Shown here: piece after piece, positions 43,396-53,668 of the stretch | How the letters are laid out: each line of letters begins with the position of its first letter | Position numbering within the stretch: position 1 is the stretch's first letter | Program-made: the position numbers and the translations under genes | The notes under the pieces: generated by a model | The model's input: the letters and a program-made list of their open reading frames with translations, nothing else | What the model was told of the DNA's origin: nothing | Database searches by the model: none | DNA from: Patescibacteria group bacterium | Lineage (GTDB): Bacteria; Patescibacteriota; Minisyncoccia; UBA6257; 1-14-0-10-40-38 | Assembly (NCBI GenBank): GCA_038064975.1 | Contig: JBBTRX010000006.1 | Location: forward strand, 10,994-74,993 | Direction: 5' to 3' | Length of the DNA: 64,000 nt

Positions 43396-45039
43396 TTAAT
43401 TCCTTTTATTTTTCGTAGCTGCGCTTAGGAATGACACGAAAAGTGGATTTGGATCCAAAGGTCTGGAAGTCAGCTCCGGATGAAATTGCGTGCCGAGGAA
43501 GAACGGATGTTTTTCTTTTGGCAGTTCGGTTATTTCGGCCAAACGCCTGTCCGGAGACATGCCGGAAAATACCAATCCTTTTTTCTCAAGTCGAGTGAGA
43601 TATTCGGGATTTACTTCATAGCGATGCCGATGCCGTTCTTTAATACGTGGCGATCCATATGCTTCACGGGCGATCGTGCCCGCACGGATGGAGGCGGAGT
43701 ATGTGCCCAAACGCATAGTCGCGCCATAATTTTTTACTTCAATATTTTTCTTTTGCTCGGGAAGAATATCAATTACAGGATGTTTTGTTTCAGGGTCAAT
43801 TTCTGTTGTATGAGCTTTTGGAAATCCATGAGTACGTGCAAATTCTATAACAGCGAGCTGCATACCATAGCAGAGCCCAAAATAGGGGATTTTCTTTTCC
43901 CGACAGTAGCGGATTGCTGCAATTTTTCCTTCAACGCCGCGACTGCCAAATCCTCCAGGCACGAGGACGCCACTATAGCTAGAAAGCTCCTTAAGTTTGC
44001 TCGGCTGTTTTTCAAATTCAGCGGCATCAATCCATTCAATTTTCGGTTTTACTCCCAGCGCGGCTCCGGCGTGCTTTATCGCTTCTAATACAGAAAGATA
44101 AGAATCCGTAAGGACAAAATCTCCACTGCCGAAATATTTGCCAACAATAGCGATTGAGGGAAAAATTTTTGCCTTATTGGTTTTTTCTACAAACTTCCTC
44201 CATTCTTTCAAGTCCGTCTTACGCGGCTTAACGCCTAGTTTTTCAAGAATAATCGTACTCAAATTATCTTTTTCAAAATTAAGAGGAACTTCGTAAATAT
44301 TGCTAATGTCCGGAGCGGAAATAACATCCTTTTCTCTGATATTGCAGTTCTCCGCGATTTTTTCTTTTCGTTTCGTATCAAGCGCGCGAGCGGCACGGGC
44401 AATAATAATATCGGCTTGGAGTCCGGCGGAATTCAGAGATCTTGCAGCATATTGAGTTGGTTTGGTTTTAAGTTCAGTGCCTCCCGCTCCAAGTGTGGGA
44501 ACGTAGCTTACGAGCACGACCAAAACATCTCCCGGATGCCGAACTTTCAGCATTCTGATCGCCTCTAAAAATAAAATATTTTGATATTCGCCAACGGTAC
44601 CTCCTACTTCTGTGATTACAATATCTGCTTTTGCAGAACGGGCAGCACGTTCAAAACGGCTGATAATTTCCAAGGGAATATGAGGAACTACGGATACACA
44701 CTTACCCGCATATTCTAAATTGCGTTCCCGGTTGATAACGGAAAGGTAAATACTCCCCGTTGTCATGTAATTCAACCCTGAAAGCTCTCGGTTTAAAAAA
44801 CGTTCATAATTGCCCATATCTTGATCGCATTCCGTTCCGTCACTCAAAACAAAAACCTCACCGTGTTCGGTGGGGTTCATGGTGCCTGCATCAACGTTAA
44901 CGTAGGGATCAATTTTTAGTGCAGTGACTTCAAAGCCGCGTGCCTGGAGAATTTTGCCGATGGATGAAGTGGCGACGCCTTTGCCGACTCCCGACATGAC
45001 GCCTCCTACTACAAAAATATATTTTGGCTTTTTTGCCAT
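43396..45039 (-). CDS. pyrG: CTP synthase
   Basis: N-terminal synthetase domain (YIFVVGGVMSGVGKG) and C-terminal class I glutamine amidotransferase (GLCYGMQ; HPE). Confidence 0.95.
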   Translation of the reverse strand: MAKKPKYIFVVGGVMSGVGKGVATSSIGKILQARGFEVTALKIDPYVNVDAGTMNPTEHGEVFVLSDGTECDQDMGNYERFLNRELSGLNYMTTGSIYLSVINRERNLEYAGKCVSVVPHIPLEIISRFERAARSAKADIVITEVGGTVGEYQNILFLEAIRMLKVRHPGDVLVVLVSYVPTLGAGGTELKTKPTQYAARSLNSAGLQADIIIARAARALDTKRKEKIAENCNIREKDVISAPDISNIYEVPLNFEKDNLSTIILEKLGVKPRKTDLKEWRKFVEKTNKAKIFPSIAIVGKYFGSGDFVLTDSYLSVLEAIKHAGAALGVKPKIEWIDAAEFEKQPSKLKELSSYSGVLVPGGFGSRGVEGKIAAIRYCREKKIPYFGLCYGMQLAVIEFARTHGFPKAHTTEIDPETKHPVIDILPEQKKNIEVKNYGATMRLGTYSASIRAGTIAREAYGSPRIKERHRHRYEVNPEYLTRLEKKGLVFSGMSPDRRLAEITELPKEKHPFFLGTQFHPELTSRPLDPNPLFVSFLSAATKNKRN

Positions 45040-45071
45040 GATTTCCCTCCCAGTATATCAGAAGTCCCGTC

Positions 45072-45569
45072 TTAATGGCTATGGGTTTTTGCGGCGAGGA
45101 TTTTTATGTCGTGAAGTACTTCGTCCGCGTGTTCCGCGGGTTTTACCTTTTCGTATATTTTAGCGATTCTGCCTGTCGGATCAATCAGAAAGGATGTGCG
45201 CAAAATGCCTTGGAATTTTTTACCCATAAACGATTTTTCTCCCCAAACGCCGTATGTTCGAATGACATCTTTGTTTTCATCCGAAAGTAGCGTAAACGGA
45301 AGATCGTATTTTTCTTTGAACTTTTTATGGCTTTTCTCCGAATCTGCACTTACGCCGAATACCGTGATATTGAGTTTCTTAAAATGAGGGAAACTGTCCC
45401 GAATCATACATGCCTCTTTAGTGCATCCCGGTGTGTCGTCTTTAGGGTAGAAATAAAGGAGTACCCATCTGCCTCCCTGATCTTTTAGCGTATGTGTATA
45501 TCCGCTTTCGTCGGGGAGAGAGAACTCTGGCGCCGGAGACCCTACAATAAGCTTTGTCGTTTTTTCCAT
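45072..45569 (-). CDS. bcp: Peroxiredoxin Bcp (thiol peroxidase, PrxQ-type)
   Basis: FYPKDDTPGCTKEAC peroxidatic/resolving Cys motif. Confidence 0.85.
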   Translation of the reverse strand: MEKTTKLIVGSPAPEFSLPDESGYTHTLKDQGGRWVLLYFYPKDDTPGCTKEACMIRDSFPHFKKLNITVFGVSADSEKSHKKFKEKYDLPFTLLSDENKDVIRTYGVWGEKSFMGKKFQGILRTSFLIDPTGRIAKIYEKVKPAEHADEVLHDIKILAAKTHSH

Positions 45570-45597
45570 AGTATATTACTCATTATACCTTTTCTCC

Positions 45598-46416
45598 CTA
45601 TGACTTTCCTATGAGGGAGATAAAGGTTCCTTTCTTTGCAACTAAACCGTCCCGTATGAGGCCTTCTAATGCCCCTAGAATGCGTTTTTTAGGGGTTTTT
45701 GTGGTAATACTTAGTTTCACTACGGGGAGCGTTGGGGACGCAATAAGGGCTTTAATAATCTTTCCACGCACTTGTCTGTTAGAGCCAGTAAACGCGGCTT
45801 GTTTTGTATAATGGCGGCTTCTGCGATTCGGATTTTCCCGTCGCATAATTTTGCCGAGGTGCGATCCATAATCCATAAGTGCCCAGTGCCATTCTCGAGG
45901 ATTTTTACGGTCTATGGTTTGCTCAATAATGCGAAGAATTTTTTGATCGGAGACATTCGTTTCCATAGGAAAAAAATGATGGAGATAGACTCTCCGGATA
46001 TTTGTTTCTATAAACGGTTGAGCGTCATTAAACGCATAGGCAAGAATAGCTCCCGCGGTAGCAGGACCAATACCGGGAAGGGAGACAAGCTCCTCCACCG
46101 TCTTTGGTATTTTTCCTTTATGGCGGAGAGTTATTTCTTTAGCGCTTTTCTGGAGTGAGAGCGCTCGGCGGTTATAACCAAGTCCCTGCCAAAGAGCGAG
46201 TACGGAGTGAGTATCGGCCATGGCAAGATGTCGAAATGTAGGGAATGCTTTGATAAAGACTCTAAACTTCTCTTGTACTCGATCTACTTGTGTCTGCTGA
46301 AGCATAATTTCCGAAACAAGAATTTTATATGGCGTTATGGATTTCCGCCATGGCAAATCTCTCGCGTGCTCGCGATAAAATTTCCATACCTCGCGCTGGA
46401 AAGTTGAGTAATCCAT
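45598..46416 (-). CDS. HhH-GPD superfamily DNA glycosylase (MutY/Nth-like; no NUDIX domain)
   Basis: ILVSEIMLQQTQ, the HhH hairpin LVSLPGIGPATAGAILAYAF and a catalytic Asp-containing loop. Confidence 0.7.
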   Translation of the reverse strand: MDYSTFQREVWKFYREHARDLPWRKSITPYKILVSEIMLQQTQVDRVQEKFRVFIKAFPTFRHLAMADTHSVLALWQGLGYNRRALSLQKSAKEITLRHKGKIPKTVEELVSLPGIGPATAGAILAYAFNDAQPFIETNIRRVYLHHFFPMETNVSDQKILRIIEQTIDRKNPREWHWALMDYGSHLGKIMRRENPNRRSRHYTKQAAFTGSNRQVRGKIIKALIASPTLPVVKLSITTKTPKKRILGALEGLIRDGLVAKKGTFISLIGKS

Positions 46417-46740
46417 CTAGCGTACGGATGATCCGGGTTCTACTGGCTTTTCCGGAGTAAGAAATACGGGAGTTTCGCCCGCGGCAAGGAGCATACCTTG
46501 GCTTTCTAGCCCCATCATCATGCGCGGTTCAAGATTTGCGACGATGACGATTTCTTTTCCGATAAGATAATCCGGCTCGTACGCCTTTCCAATACCGGCG
46601 ATAATTTGCCGGTGTTCTTCTGGAGTTCCTCCGAGAGAAACAGAGAGTTTAAGGAGTTTTTCCGAACCTTCTACGCGTTCTGCGTGTATTACTTTGCCAA
46701 CGCGCAATTCTACTTTTTTAAAATCATCAAAAGTTATCAT
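46417..46740 (-). CDS. tRNA-binding domain protein (CsaA/Trbp111-like, EMAP fold)
   Basis: FKKVELRVGKVIHAE...KLLKLSVSLG...IIAGIG is the Myf/CsaA OB-fold signature. Confidence 0.8.
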   Translation of the reverse strand: MITFDDFKKVELRVGKVIHAERVEGSEKLLKLSVSLGGTPEEHRQIIAGIGKAYEPDYLIGKEIVIVANLEPRMMMGLESQGMLLAAGETPVFLTPEKPVEPGSSVR

Positions 46741-46825
46741 TGTTACATAGAAATTTACAATTATTAATGCACAATTTACAACGAATTTTCATTATACATT
46801 ATGCATTGTCCATTACTTATTATCT

Positions 46826-46843
46826 ATCGTCCATTATCCATTG
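46826..46843. repeat. Intergenic repeat family 3 (ATCGTCCATTATCCATTG), within a run of GTCCATTA-like iterations
   Basis: Exact reverse complement of 39201-39218. Neighbouring iterations at 46804-46824. Confidence 0.55.
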
Positions 46844-46850
46844 TCTATAC

Positions 46851-46885
46851 AACAAAAAATCGCCCTGCTTGCGCGGGACGATTTT
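46851..46885. terminator. Bidirectional terminator (CGCCCTGCTTGCGCGGGACG with A-run and T-run)
   Basis: Hairpin flanked by AAAAAA and TTTTTT, 3' of the FKBP gene. Confidence 0.55.
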
Positions 46886-46903
46886 TTGTTGAACGAAACG
46901 TTC

Positions 46904-47362
46904 TTAGTTCCCAATGCTCAAAAGCTCTACTTCAAACACAAGTGTCGCGTCAGCAAGAATAGGATGTCCTGTTCCCTGATAGGCGAGTGAAGGCGGAATG
47001 GTGAGCATGCGCTTACCTCCAACTTGCATACCGAGAAGTCCCATATCCCAACCTTTGATCACGTCTCCTGCTCCAACCGTGAAAGAAAACGGCTCTCCAC
47101 GATCGTATGAACTATCAAACTTCTGGCCGTTAGTGAGTGTTCCCAAGTAGTTTACGGAAATAGTGTCTCCCGTTTTAACTTCACGGCCTTCTCCCTTCAC
47201 AACGTCCTCAATCTTGAGTCCTTCTGGGGTTGTCATAGTGGAATCGTTGTTTGTTAATGATGCGGTACCAGTATCTCCGGTAAGAACGCCCGTTTTCACT
47301 ATCGTAAAGACGATAGCAATCGCGAGAACTCCTCCCACAATGGTAAGTATGTTTTTATTCAT
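46904..47362 (-). CDS. FKBP-type peptidyl-prolyl cis-trans isomerase, secreted
   Basis: [21 protein letters not shown]...[33 protein letters not shown] is the canonical FKBP domain. Confidence 0.85.
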   Translation of the reverse strand: [152 protein letters not shown]

Positions 47363-47427
47363 GGTAAATAATGATTTCGACTATTTTTGTATTATAGCAA
47401 GGTTTATTAATAAAGTCAAGCGTCTAT

Positions 47428-47850
47428 CTACTGCCACTGGACCAAAATCGCTCCCATAATCATAAGCGCAAGAAGATTGCAGGCATTATTGATAAGGTAG
47501 AGCTTCATCGGCCGCTGTTCATAGACTACCTCATTAAATGTGAATGTAGCAACAAATCCGAGCCAAAGCCAGAATCCGAGCTGTATGCCGCCTGAAATGG
47601 TAGTCACGCCTACGAGCTTCACGAAATGTGCGAGAACATAGGCAATGACAAATGTGGGGATAAGACAGATTATAATCGCTTTTGTTCCAGAGCCAGATGC
47701 CCTTATTTCACTCTCGTTTCTTTTAACTAACTGCATCCATTGGCGGCCAAATACGCCTTTAGGTGAATACCAAATCATGCCGAGGATGATGTACGAAACG
47801 CCTGCCGCGAGAACAGACCAAAGATTAATATCGGTCATAGTATTGTACAT
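47428..47850 (-). CDS. DUF1761-like membrane protein
   Basis: Four TM helices with N-terminal WYSPKGVFGRQW. Confidence 0.35.
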   Translation of the reverse strand: MYNTMTDINLWSVLAAGVSYIILGMIWYSPKGVFGRQWMQLVKRNESEIRASGSGTKAIIICLIPTFVIAYVLAHFVKLVGVTTISGGIQLGFWLWLGFVATFTFNEVVYEQRPMKLYLINNACNLLALMIMGAILVQWQ

Positions 47851-48301
47851 AGTACTTTTTAGGGCACTTCGACCCGTGAGTCATCTTCCTTCATAAGTAT
47901 ATATTACTTTAGCAAACAAAAAACCGGGATAGTGCTTATAGGGCATTCCCGGTATCTAACCCCTTGATAGGTTATAGTGTCCGCGCTTCTTAGGAAGTAG
48001 GCGGTTAATGAAAGTAATATATTGAATTGTGAAGAACGACGATTCGAATTGTCCTGTCTGCACTGGTATTGATCGTCGTAACACGGAATTTTTTACATTA
48101 CCGTGATGTTAGTTGTGTGTGCGGATAAACGGAGAAGTCTTATGGGCAGTTTTGATTTTGTTGTTGCATAGATTACCAATCAAGATAATTGCTACGCCTT
48201 CTTGTGCTCTGTAAGCCTTCCTACGCACACTCCAGGTTCATAATGCGCTAGAAGTTTTTCTAGCCGAAGGTTCGACCAACCTTCACAATATGAAACACCT
48301 A

Positions 48302-48850
48302 CTAAGAAAAAAATGTGTCGTTTTTATCTTCCGCAAACTCTTCTTTGAGTCGTGTCCGTCCGCGGGAGATGAGTAGCTTCACGGCATTCTCTGTTTTACC
48401 AAGCTTTTTAGCGATATCTCTCGTGGAATATTTTTCTTCATAATGCATAACAAGCGCCGCGCGTTGCTCTTCGGTCAAGGATTCGGCTCCGTGCAAAATC
48501 GCTCGCGCCTCTATCGTATGTTCCATCGCGGGTTGTGTGTCTACGGGAATATCTCCATATTCTTCAAGCGAGATGGGCTTTTTTGATCGATAGTAATTAA
48601 CAAGCGTGTTGTGGGCTATACGGATAAGATAGGTAAAGTACGATGCCGATCTTTTAGTAAACGTAGGGAAGGCGCGGAACGCTTTCATGAAAGTCTCCTG
48701 GGCAAGCTCTTCCGCAATACCTTTGCTTTTTCCGACGCGATACCAGAAATACTGATATACACGCTTAACGTATTTCTCGTAAAGGAGTCCAAATTTGCTC
48801 GCGTCCGCTTTTGCCGCATCTACTAATTTTTCGTCATCTTTATCAGTCAT
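48302..48850 (-). CDS. ECF-type RNA polymerase sigma factor (sigma-70 regions 2 and 4)
   Basis: Region 2 (YFWYRVG...AEELAQETFMKAF) and region 4 HTH (STRDIAKKLGKTENAVKLLISRGRTRL). Confidence 0.8.
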   Translation of the reverse strand: MTDKDDEKLVDAAKADASKFGLLYEKYVKRVYQYFWYRVGKSKGIAEELAQETFMKAFRAFPTFTKRSASYFTYLIRIAHNTLVNYYRSKKPISLEEYGDIPVDTQPAMEHTIEARAILHGAESLTEEQRAALVMHYEEKYSTRDIAKKLGKTENAVKLLISRGRTRLKEEFAEDKNDTFFS

Positions 48851-48944
48851 AGGTTTCTACTTGATATAACTCGTTTGTGGGCTGAAGTGCTACAAAACCA
48901 GAACCTTAAAACCCCCGAGCACGACGTAGGGTTTTAAAGAATCT

Positions 48945-51155
48945 CTAAACTTGATTTTCAGTGCGTCTGAAGAAGAGAAGGAAAAGCGTTGCGAGAATGA
49001 TAAGCCAGACAATCCATCCGAAAAGCAGGCTTCCTGTGCCAAGTGTGAAAAGGCTGGAAAGTCTTCCTAGAAATCCATCCGCAATTCTTTCCTGACCTTC
49101 GTTTTCTTCGCTTATTCCGGCAAGAATTCCTTCATTTTCGTCATCTGCTCCACCTCCTGTACCGCTTGAATCATCACTACTTTGAGCAAGTACGCTTCTT
49201 ACTGGGATGAGATCAAACTGATTTCCTCCCACGCCAAAGGCGTTGTCTGCAGTGTTGATTTCAGTACCAGTACCAGTACCCGTACCCGAGCCATCTCCGT
49301 TATTTCCCGTTGGGGGAGGGACATTACCGCCACTGGACCCGCCTCCACCACCTCCGCCCCCGCCACCGCTAGATCCGCCCGATCCTCCATTTCCACCACT
49401 AGGAGGAGTGGAGTTATCAACTACAGTTACAAATAATCCGGTTTTTGAACTTCCAAAAACACAGTTTCCGGAAACGACGGTACAGGAATCAATACTTTCC
49501 GGTCCCCATGGGCCGGCTTCGTTCATTGCGCGGAGGATTTTGAGTGTAGTTCCTTCAAGAGTTGTATCAGAGATTGGCAGGCTTATCAGAAGTTCCGTAT
49601 TTGTAGTGAGCTCATCTGCTGAGAGTCCAAAACGGGCAGCAGATTTTGGCGCCATATCTTGAGGAATATTAGAGAGCGCGCTAGAGAGTACCTCGCTTAC
49701 GGCAATATCCATCATATTAAAATTCTCGCCGTTGGTTCTATCAAATCGAGTGAAAGCGGGAATTCCCACAAGGCCGAATGAGGTCCCCATCGGGAACATG
49801 ATTGTTGAAGCGTCGGGCACAAACGATGCGTAGGTGGTTGTTGAAACCCCGGAAAACGGAGCCATTTTAATTCCTAAAACATCGTAGAGTTTAATAACGC
49901 CAAAATTGCGATCAGTAAGAGTTGAGCCGCTCGTCGTAATTGTTTCAGAGAACGTATCGGGATTTGTCGGAGATATTTGTTTCCAGAGTGTGCTTGTATC
50001 ATTAATCGCGCCTTCCGAAGGAACTATAAGATCAAATACCCATGTGCCGAGTTTAAACGGATTAAAAGAAAATGAATATCGCCCATTTTCAGTAAGTTTA
50101 TTCACTTCCGTATCACCATAATACGCGATTACATTCCAACCCGAAATCGGGGATTCGGGATACTCTCCGTCAGTCTGCCAGACTCCATCTGCATTCAAGT
50201 CATACCATACCGCTCCGGATAGGGAGGCGTCAGCAAACGCTCCAAAATTCTTGTCAGTAATGTGCTCGTTTTCTCCGAGAGTAACTACATACACCGATCC
50301 GTTTCTCCGTTCCACGGAAGCGGTTATTTCAATTTGTTCAATAGATGTTGAAATAAAAGTGTCTTCTAATATCGACTGAAGGGCATTTTCTTCTGTTCCT
50401 AAAACGGACATTGCGGGTTGAGGTTCCGGAGTTGCTGGGGTTATTTGAGGAAACGTTTGAGTCCAAGCTTCATGGACTAAAACTTTTACTACATACGTCC
50501 CTGCTTCCAATGTATCAAAAAGGTAGTTGCCGGATTCATCACTGTCAGTCGTTTTAAGCGGAGCGTTTGTCGTTATGGGGGATGTGTATAACTCTACCGT
50601 CCAACCTGTGATTCCCGGTTCTTCCTCATCGCGCGTTCCATCGCCATCCATGTCTTCTATGATAGTTCCAGCGATAGATCCTCCCTGGATATTTGGCGAA
50701 ACCGACATCCCTCCTCCTACTGGGGCTCCATGTGTCCGTTCTATATCAGATACGGCAATACCTCCAGTTGCCGCATTATCCGTAGCGGTATTATTTTGGC
50801 AGATTTGCGCATCTCTTGTGCAGATCTCTCTAGAAACAATGTCATCTGTTCTTTCCGGAGTAGATATTGCGGCAACATCCGCAGTAATTTTACTACTTGC
50901 TTCTACCTGGGTATCCAGCAATACGGCAACGCCGGTACCTGGTTCAAGTATGGTGATTGCCGAATCGTTAGTTTCACTACGTTCTTCCGGTAATGTGGCA
51001 ACATCAACGGGTTGCCGAAATTCAATTGCCGTATTTTCAACTTCAGTTGCCGCATAGGTTATGGCAATTGCCGGATTGCCGATTGTTGTAATTAAAGTAA
51101 TCGCGGAGATAACGGCAAACAATTTATTTTTAATAGCGAGAGAGGATTTTGACAT
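48945..51155 (-). CDS. Large secreted surface protein with SdrD-B/Cna-B-like domains, Gly-rich linker and conserved C-terminal GFLG-TM-basic tail
   Basis: Signal peptide. DGDGTRDEEEPGITGWTVELY...SGNYLFDTLEAGTYVVKV (Cna-B-like). GGNGGSGGSSGGGGGGGGGSSGG. C-terminus DGFLGRLSSLFTLG plus hydrophobic helix plus RRTENQV. Confidence 0.65.
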   Translation of the reverse strand: MSKSSLAIKNKLFAVISAITLITTIGNPAIAITYAATEVENTAIEFRQPVDVATLPEERSETNDSAITILEPGTGVAVLLDTQVEASSKITADVAAISTPERTDDIVSREICTRDAQICQNNTATDNAATGGIAVSDIERTHGAPVGGGMSVSPNIQGGSIAGTIIEDMDGDGTRDEEEPGITGWTVELYTSPITTNAPLKTTDSDESGNYLFDTLEAGTYVVKVLVHEAWTQTFPQITPATPEPQPAMSVLGTEENALQSILEDTFISTSIEQIEITASVERRNGSVYVVTLGENEHITDKNFGAFADASLSGAVWYDLNADGVWQTDGEYPESPISGWNVIAYYGDTEVNKLTENGRYSFSFNPFKLGTWVFDLIVPSEGAINDTSTLWKQISPTNPDTFSETITTSGSTLTDRNFGVIKLYDVLGIKMAPFSGVSTTTYASFVPDASTIMFPMGTSFGLVGIPAFTRFDRTNGENFNMMDIAVSEVLSSALSNIPQDMAPKSAARFGLSADELTTNTELLISLPISDTTLEGTTLKILRAMNEAGPWGPESIDSCTVVSGNCVFGSSKTGLFVTVVDNSTPPSGGNGGSGGSSGGGGGGGGGGSSGGNVPPPTGNNGDGSGTGTGTGTEINTADNAFGVGGNQFDLIPVRSVLAQSSDDSSGTGGGADDENEGILAGISEENEGQERIADGFLGRLSSLFTLGTGSLLFGWIVWLIILATLFLLFFRRTENQV

Positions 51156-51343
51156 GGAGGTCGATGTTTAATAATGAATAATTAAGTAATGTATCTATTC
51201 TAGCAATTTTTATGACTGGAGAATACGGCCTTAACTCATTTTATCTTCCTCGTGATTTCTACTTTAGAGGAAATATTGACGTTTATTATAAAAATGTTAA
51301 TCTGTAACCTGTTCCTTTTTTCCACCAGCCGTGAGGAGGGGAG

Positions 51344-51616
51344 ATGGTCAAGGAGAAGACTCGTCAAAAGAGCGGGAAAAAAATAAAGAAAGAAAAGCGA
51401 CGATATTCTGCGTGGCTTTTCACCACCAAAGAACCGAGTCCAGTATTGATGTATGTTTGTGGAGTTTCTATGAAGCAAGCGGAAGCTCGCCTTCTGCGAA
51501 ACTATCGGATGAAACATGCTCTCTCAAAGAGTTCACAAGTCGTTGTGGATCGATTGAGAGTTTCTCCACCGGAGAAGAAGTCGCAGGTCACTCCTTCTTT
51601 CCCTGAATTCGGGTAA
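51344..51616 (+). CDS. Small basic hypothetical protein
   Basis: GAGGAGGGGAG RBS 2 nt before the ATG. Terminator at 51641-51668. Lys/Arg-rich N-terminus. Confidence 0.35.
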   Translation: MVKEKTRQKSGKKIKKEKRRYSAWLFTTKEPSPVLMYVCGVSMKQAEARLLRNYRMKHALSKSSQVVVDRLRVSPPEKKSQVTPSFPEFG

Positions 51617-51640
51617 GTGGAAATCAAAAATTCCGAAGGC

Positions 51641-51668
51641 CCCGTACAGCAATGTACGGGCTTTTTTA
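51641..51668 (+). terminator. Intrinsic terminator (CCCGTACA-GCAA-TGTACGGG plus CTTTTTT)
   Basis: 8-bp perfect stem and T-run. Confidence 0.6.
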
Positions 51669-51733
51669 TCTCCATAAACAAAAAACCACCCCGCAGAGCG
51701 GGGCGATTTTTTGTATCAATCTGAAAAGCAATA

Positions 51734-52936
51734 TTATTGGATTTCAGCTTGAAGTTGAGAACGGGTTTCTATATCCCGAGTGGTATCTTCCAAAAGAGCA
51801 TCGAGCTGGTTCAAGAGATCTCCGGAGAAATCAGCTTGAGCATCAATCTCGTTTTTCAATTCCACAGTACCATTTACCTTAGTTTGGGTTTTAATGGTCG
51901 GGCGAAGAAAGATCGGGGCAGTATCAACAGTGTCATTGACTGTGTCCGATGCCGTGTTAGAGGCATTGGCTGCGCGGAGGTTTATTTCTGCATTGAGACG
52001 GATCATTGCCGTATTAGCAATAGTCCACGCGTCATTGAATTTCCGCGCTGCTTCAAGGGCATTATTACCCCGAAGAGCAGTTTCTCCTTCTGCAAAGGTC
52101 TTTTTTGCTAACTCCACTTGAGAAGTAAGGGCTCTCATCAACTCGTCGTTGATTTCGCCTTTTCTTGAATCGATTAAACGCTCAAGATCCTCAATTCTAT
52201 CTTCTGCTGCAAGCATGCGGCGTTCCGCATAAGGGCGAGAAGCATCGGTTTCCTCATCAAAACGTTCAGCAAGTGCAAGACGGATACGTCCTGCCGCTAC
52301 GCCACGAATGCGGGCGCGGTCGGCGAGTGTTTCAAGTGCATCTCTGTCATCTGCTTGGCGTTCTGCGAATCTACGAAGGATATCTTCGTGGACTCGTACA
52401 GCATTTTCGAAGCGGGCATTAACGTCAGCCGCAGCTTCAAAATTCTCTTTTGCTTCTAATTGCTTGATTCTTTCCTCAACGTTATCTGCGTGTCTTTGGA
52501 AATTTGCTTCAATGCGGGAAAGTACGGTGTCGTTGATATCTCCATCTTGTGCAACCTGTTCGGCTTCAACAAGGCGGCGGGCAACGAGCGCTACTTGGTA
52601 GTTCGCTCTAGCTTCATCTGAAGTAAGAGTGAGTGCTCCGCGAATTCTTTCATTAATGTTAACTTTGACGGGATAAAGGGCATCTCCAGGAAGCGAATTT
52701 TGCGCTCCAAGGGAAACTCCTCCTCCAAGTAATAGTGTGATAGCTAGTATAATTGGCATAGTTCGTGTATATAAGGTGAATCTTTGTAGTATCGACCTTT
52801 GCAATGTATGACGGATAAAATCAGTGTTTCTTACCGGATGTAATTCCGCAAACGCTTCAAGATAACGCTTAGTGGTGGATTTCTCCTCCTGCGTCATCAT
52901 GATCTTTGCGAATAACTTTTTGAGATTGTTCTCCAT
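51734..52936 (-). CDS. Putative anti-sigma factor (cytoplasmic N-terminus, one TM, DUF5667-like coiled-coil ectodomain)
   Basis: Immediately downstream of, and nearly abutting, the ECF sigma gene. Single TM (MPIILAITLLLGGGVSL). Long Ala/Glu/Arg-rich helical periplasmic region. Confidence 0.5.
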   Translation of the reverse strand: MENNLKKLFAKIMMTQEEKSTTKRYLEAFAELHPVRNTDFIRHTLQRSILQRFTLYTRTMPIILAITLLLGGGVSLGAQNSLPGDALYPVKVNINERIRGALTLTSDEARANYQVALVARRLVEAEQVAQDGDINDTVLSRIEANFQRHADNVEERIKQLEAKENFEAAADVNARFENAVRVHEDILRRFAERQADDRDALETLADRARIRGVAAGRIRLALAERFDEETDASRPYAERRMLAAEDRIEDLERLIDSRKGEINDELMRALTSQVELAKKTFAEGETALRGNNALEAARKFNDAWTIANTAMIRLNAEINLRAANASNTASDTVNDTVDTAPIFLRPTIKTQTKVNGTVELKNEIDAQADFSGDLLNQLDALLEDTTRDIETRSQLQAEIQ

Positions 52937-52948
52937 AAAATGAATTTA

Positions 52949-53446
52949 TTATGAACCAAGGGTATCTCGTAATTTCTTTACACCCCGGTGGATTCGTACG
53001 GAAACCGTATTTTCGCTTTCGCCTAGAATGTCCGCAATCTCTTTTGGTTGGAGATCATCGATATAGCGCATGATAACCGCGGTGCGGTATGGCTCTTCGA
53101 TATTCTCTATAGCCCGTGTTGCGCGAAAGAGTTCAGCGTTTGCTTCCGGACCTCGTTCATCTGAGACGGGAGAAAACCCTGCATCATGAAGTATCTCTAG
53201 TGAAGATTCTCGTTTTTTGCGGGATTCATCAATAATCAGATTTGTCAGCGTTTTATAGAGAAAGGCACGAATATTGTCCGCATCTTTACCACCTATAAAA
53301 TACTGCCATGTCCGAATGAAAGCCTCTTGAACGAAGTCTCTTGCGCGGGCTCTATCCCGAACGCGCACATATGCGTGTCGGAAGAGGGCATCGGCATATA
53401 ATTCGTAGGCGGAAAGCAGTTTCTGTTTTTGGTTTTCGTGTTCCAT
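52949..53446 (-). CDS. ECF-type RNA polymerase sigma factor
   Basis: Region 2 (DFVQEAFIRTWQ) and region 4 (LQPKEIADILGESENTVSVRIHRGVKKLR). Confidence 0.8.
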   Translation of the reverse strand: MEHENQKQKLLSAYELYADALFRHAYVRVRDRARARDFVQEAFIRTWQYFIGGKDADNIRAFLYKTLTNLIIDESRKKRESSLEILHDAGFSPVSDERGPEANAELFRATRAIENIEEPYRTAVIMRYIDDLQPKEIADILGESENTVSVRIHRGVKKLRDTLGS

Positions 53447-53552
53447 GAGGTATGACGGATAATATAAGTAATTCTTACCAGCGGATAGTAATCTTCTTCA
53501 TATCTATGATACATTGAAATCAGGCCCTTGGTATCCACAGGAAAGGAGAAAC

Positions 53553-53657
53553 ATGGCCGTGTTATTCTCTAATCCGCTCGCCTGGATCCTCCTCGCTGTC
53601 GCAGTCATGATCGCGATTCGGAACTGTTCCAAGCAACGAACGCGATTCCGTCTGTGA
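53553..53657 (+). CDS. 34-aa hydrophobic peptide MAVLFSNPLAWILLAVAVMIAIRNCSKQRTRFRL (not in ORF track), type-I-toxin-like, tentative
   Basis: AAGGAG 5 nt upstream of the ATG. Single TM plus basic tail. Strong terminator at 53669-53699. Confidence 0.35.
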   Translation: MAVLFSNPLAWILLAVAVMIAIRNCSKQRTRFRL

Positions 53658-53668
53658 TAAGCGCAATC

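Noticed and set aside
49243-49662. Pro-rich 139-aa plus-strand ORF and 50527-51057 plus-strand ORF
   Set aside because: Antisense to the 736-aa surface-protein gene (Gly-codon tract read in reverse).
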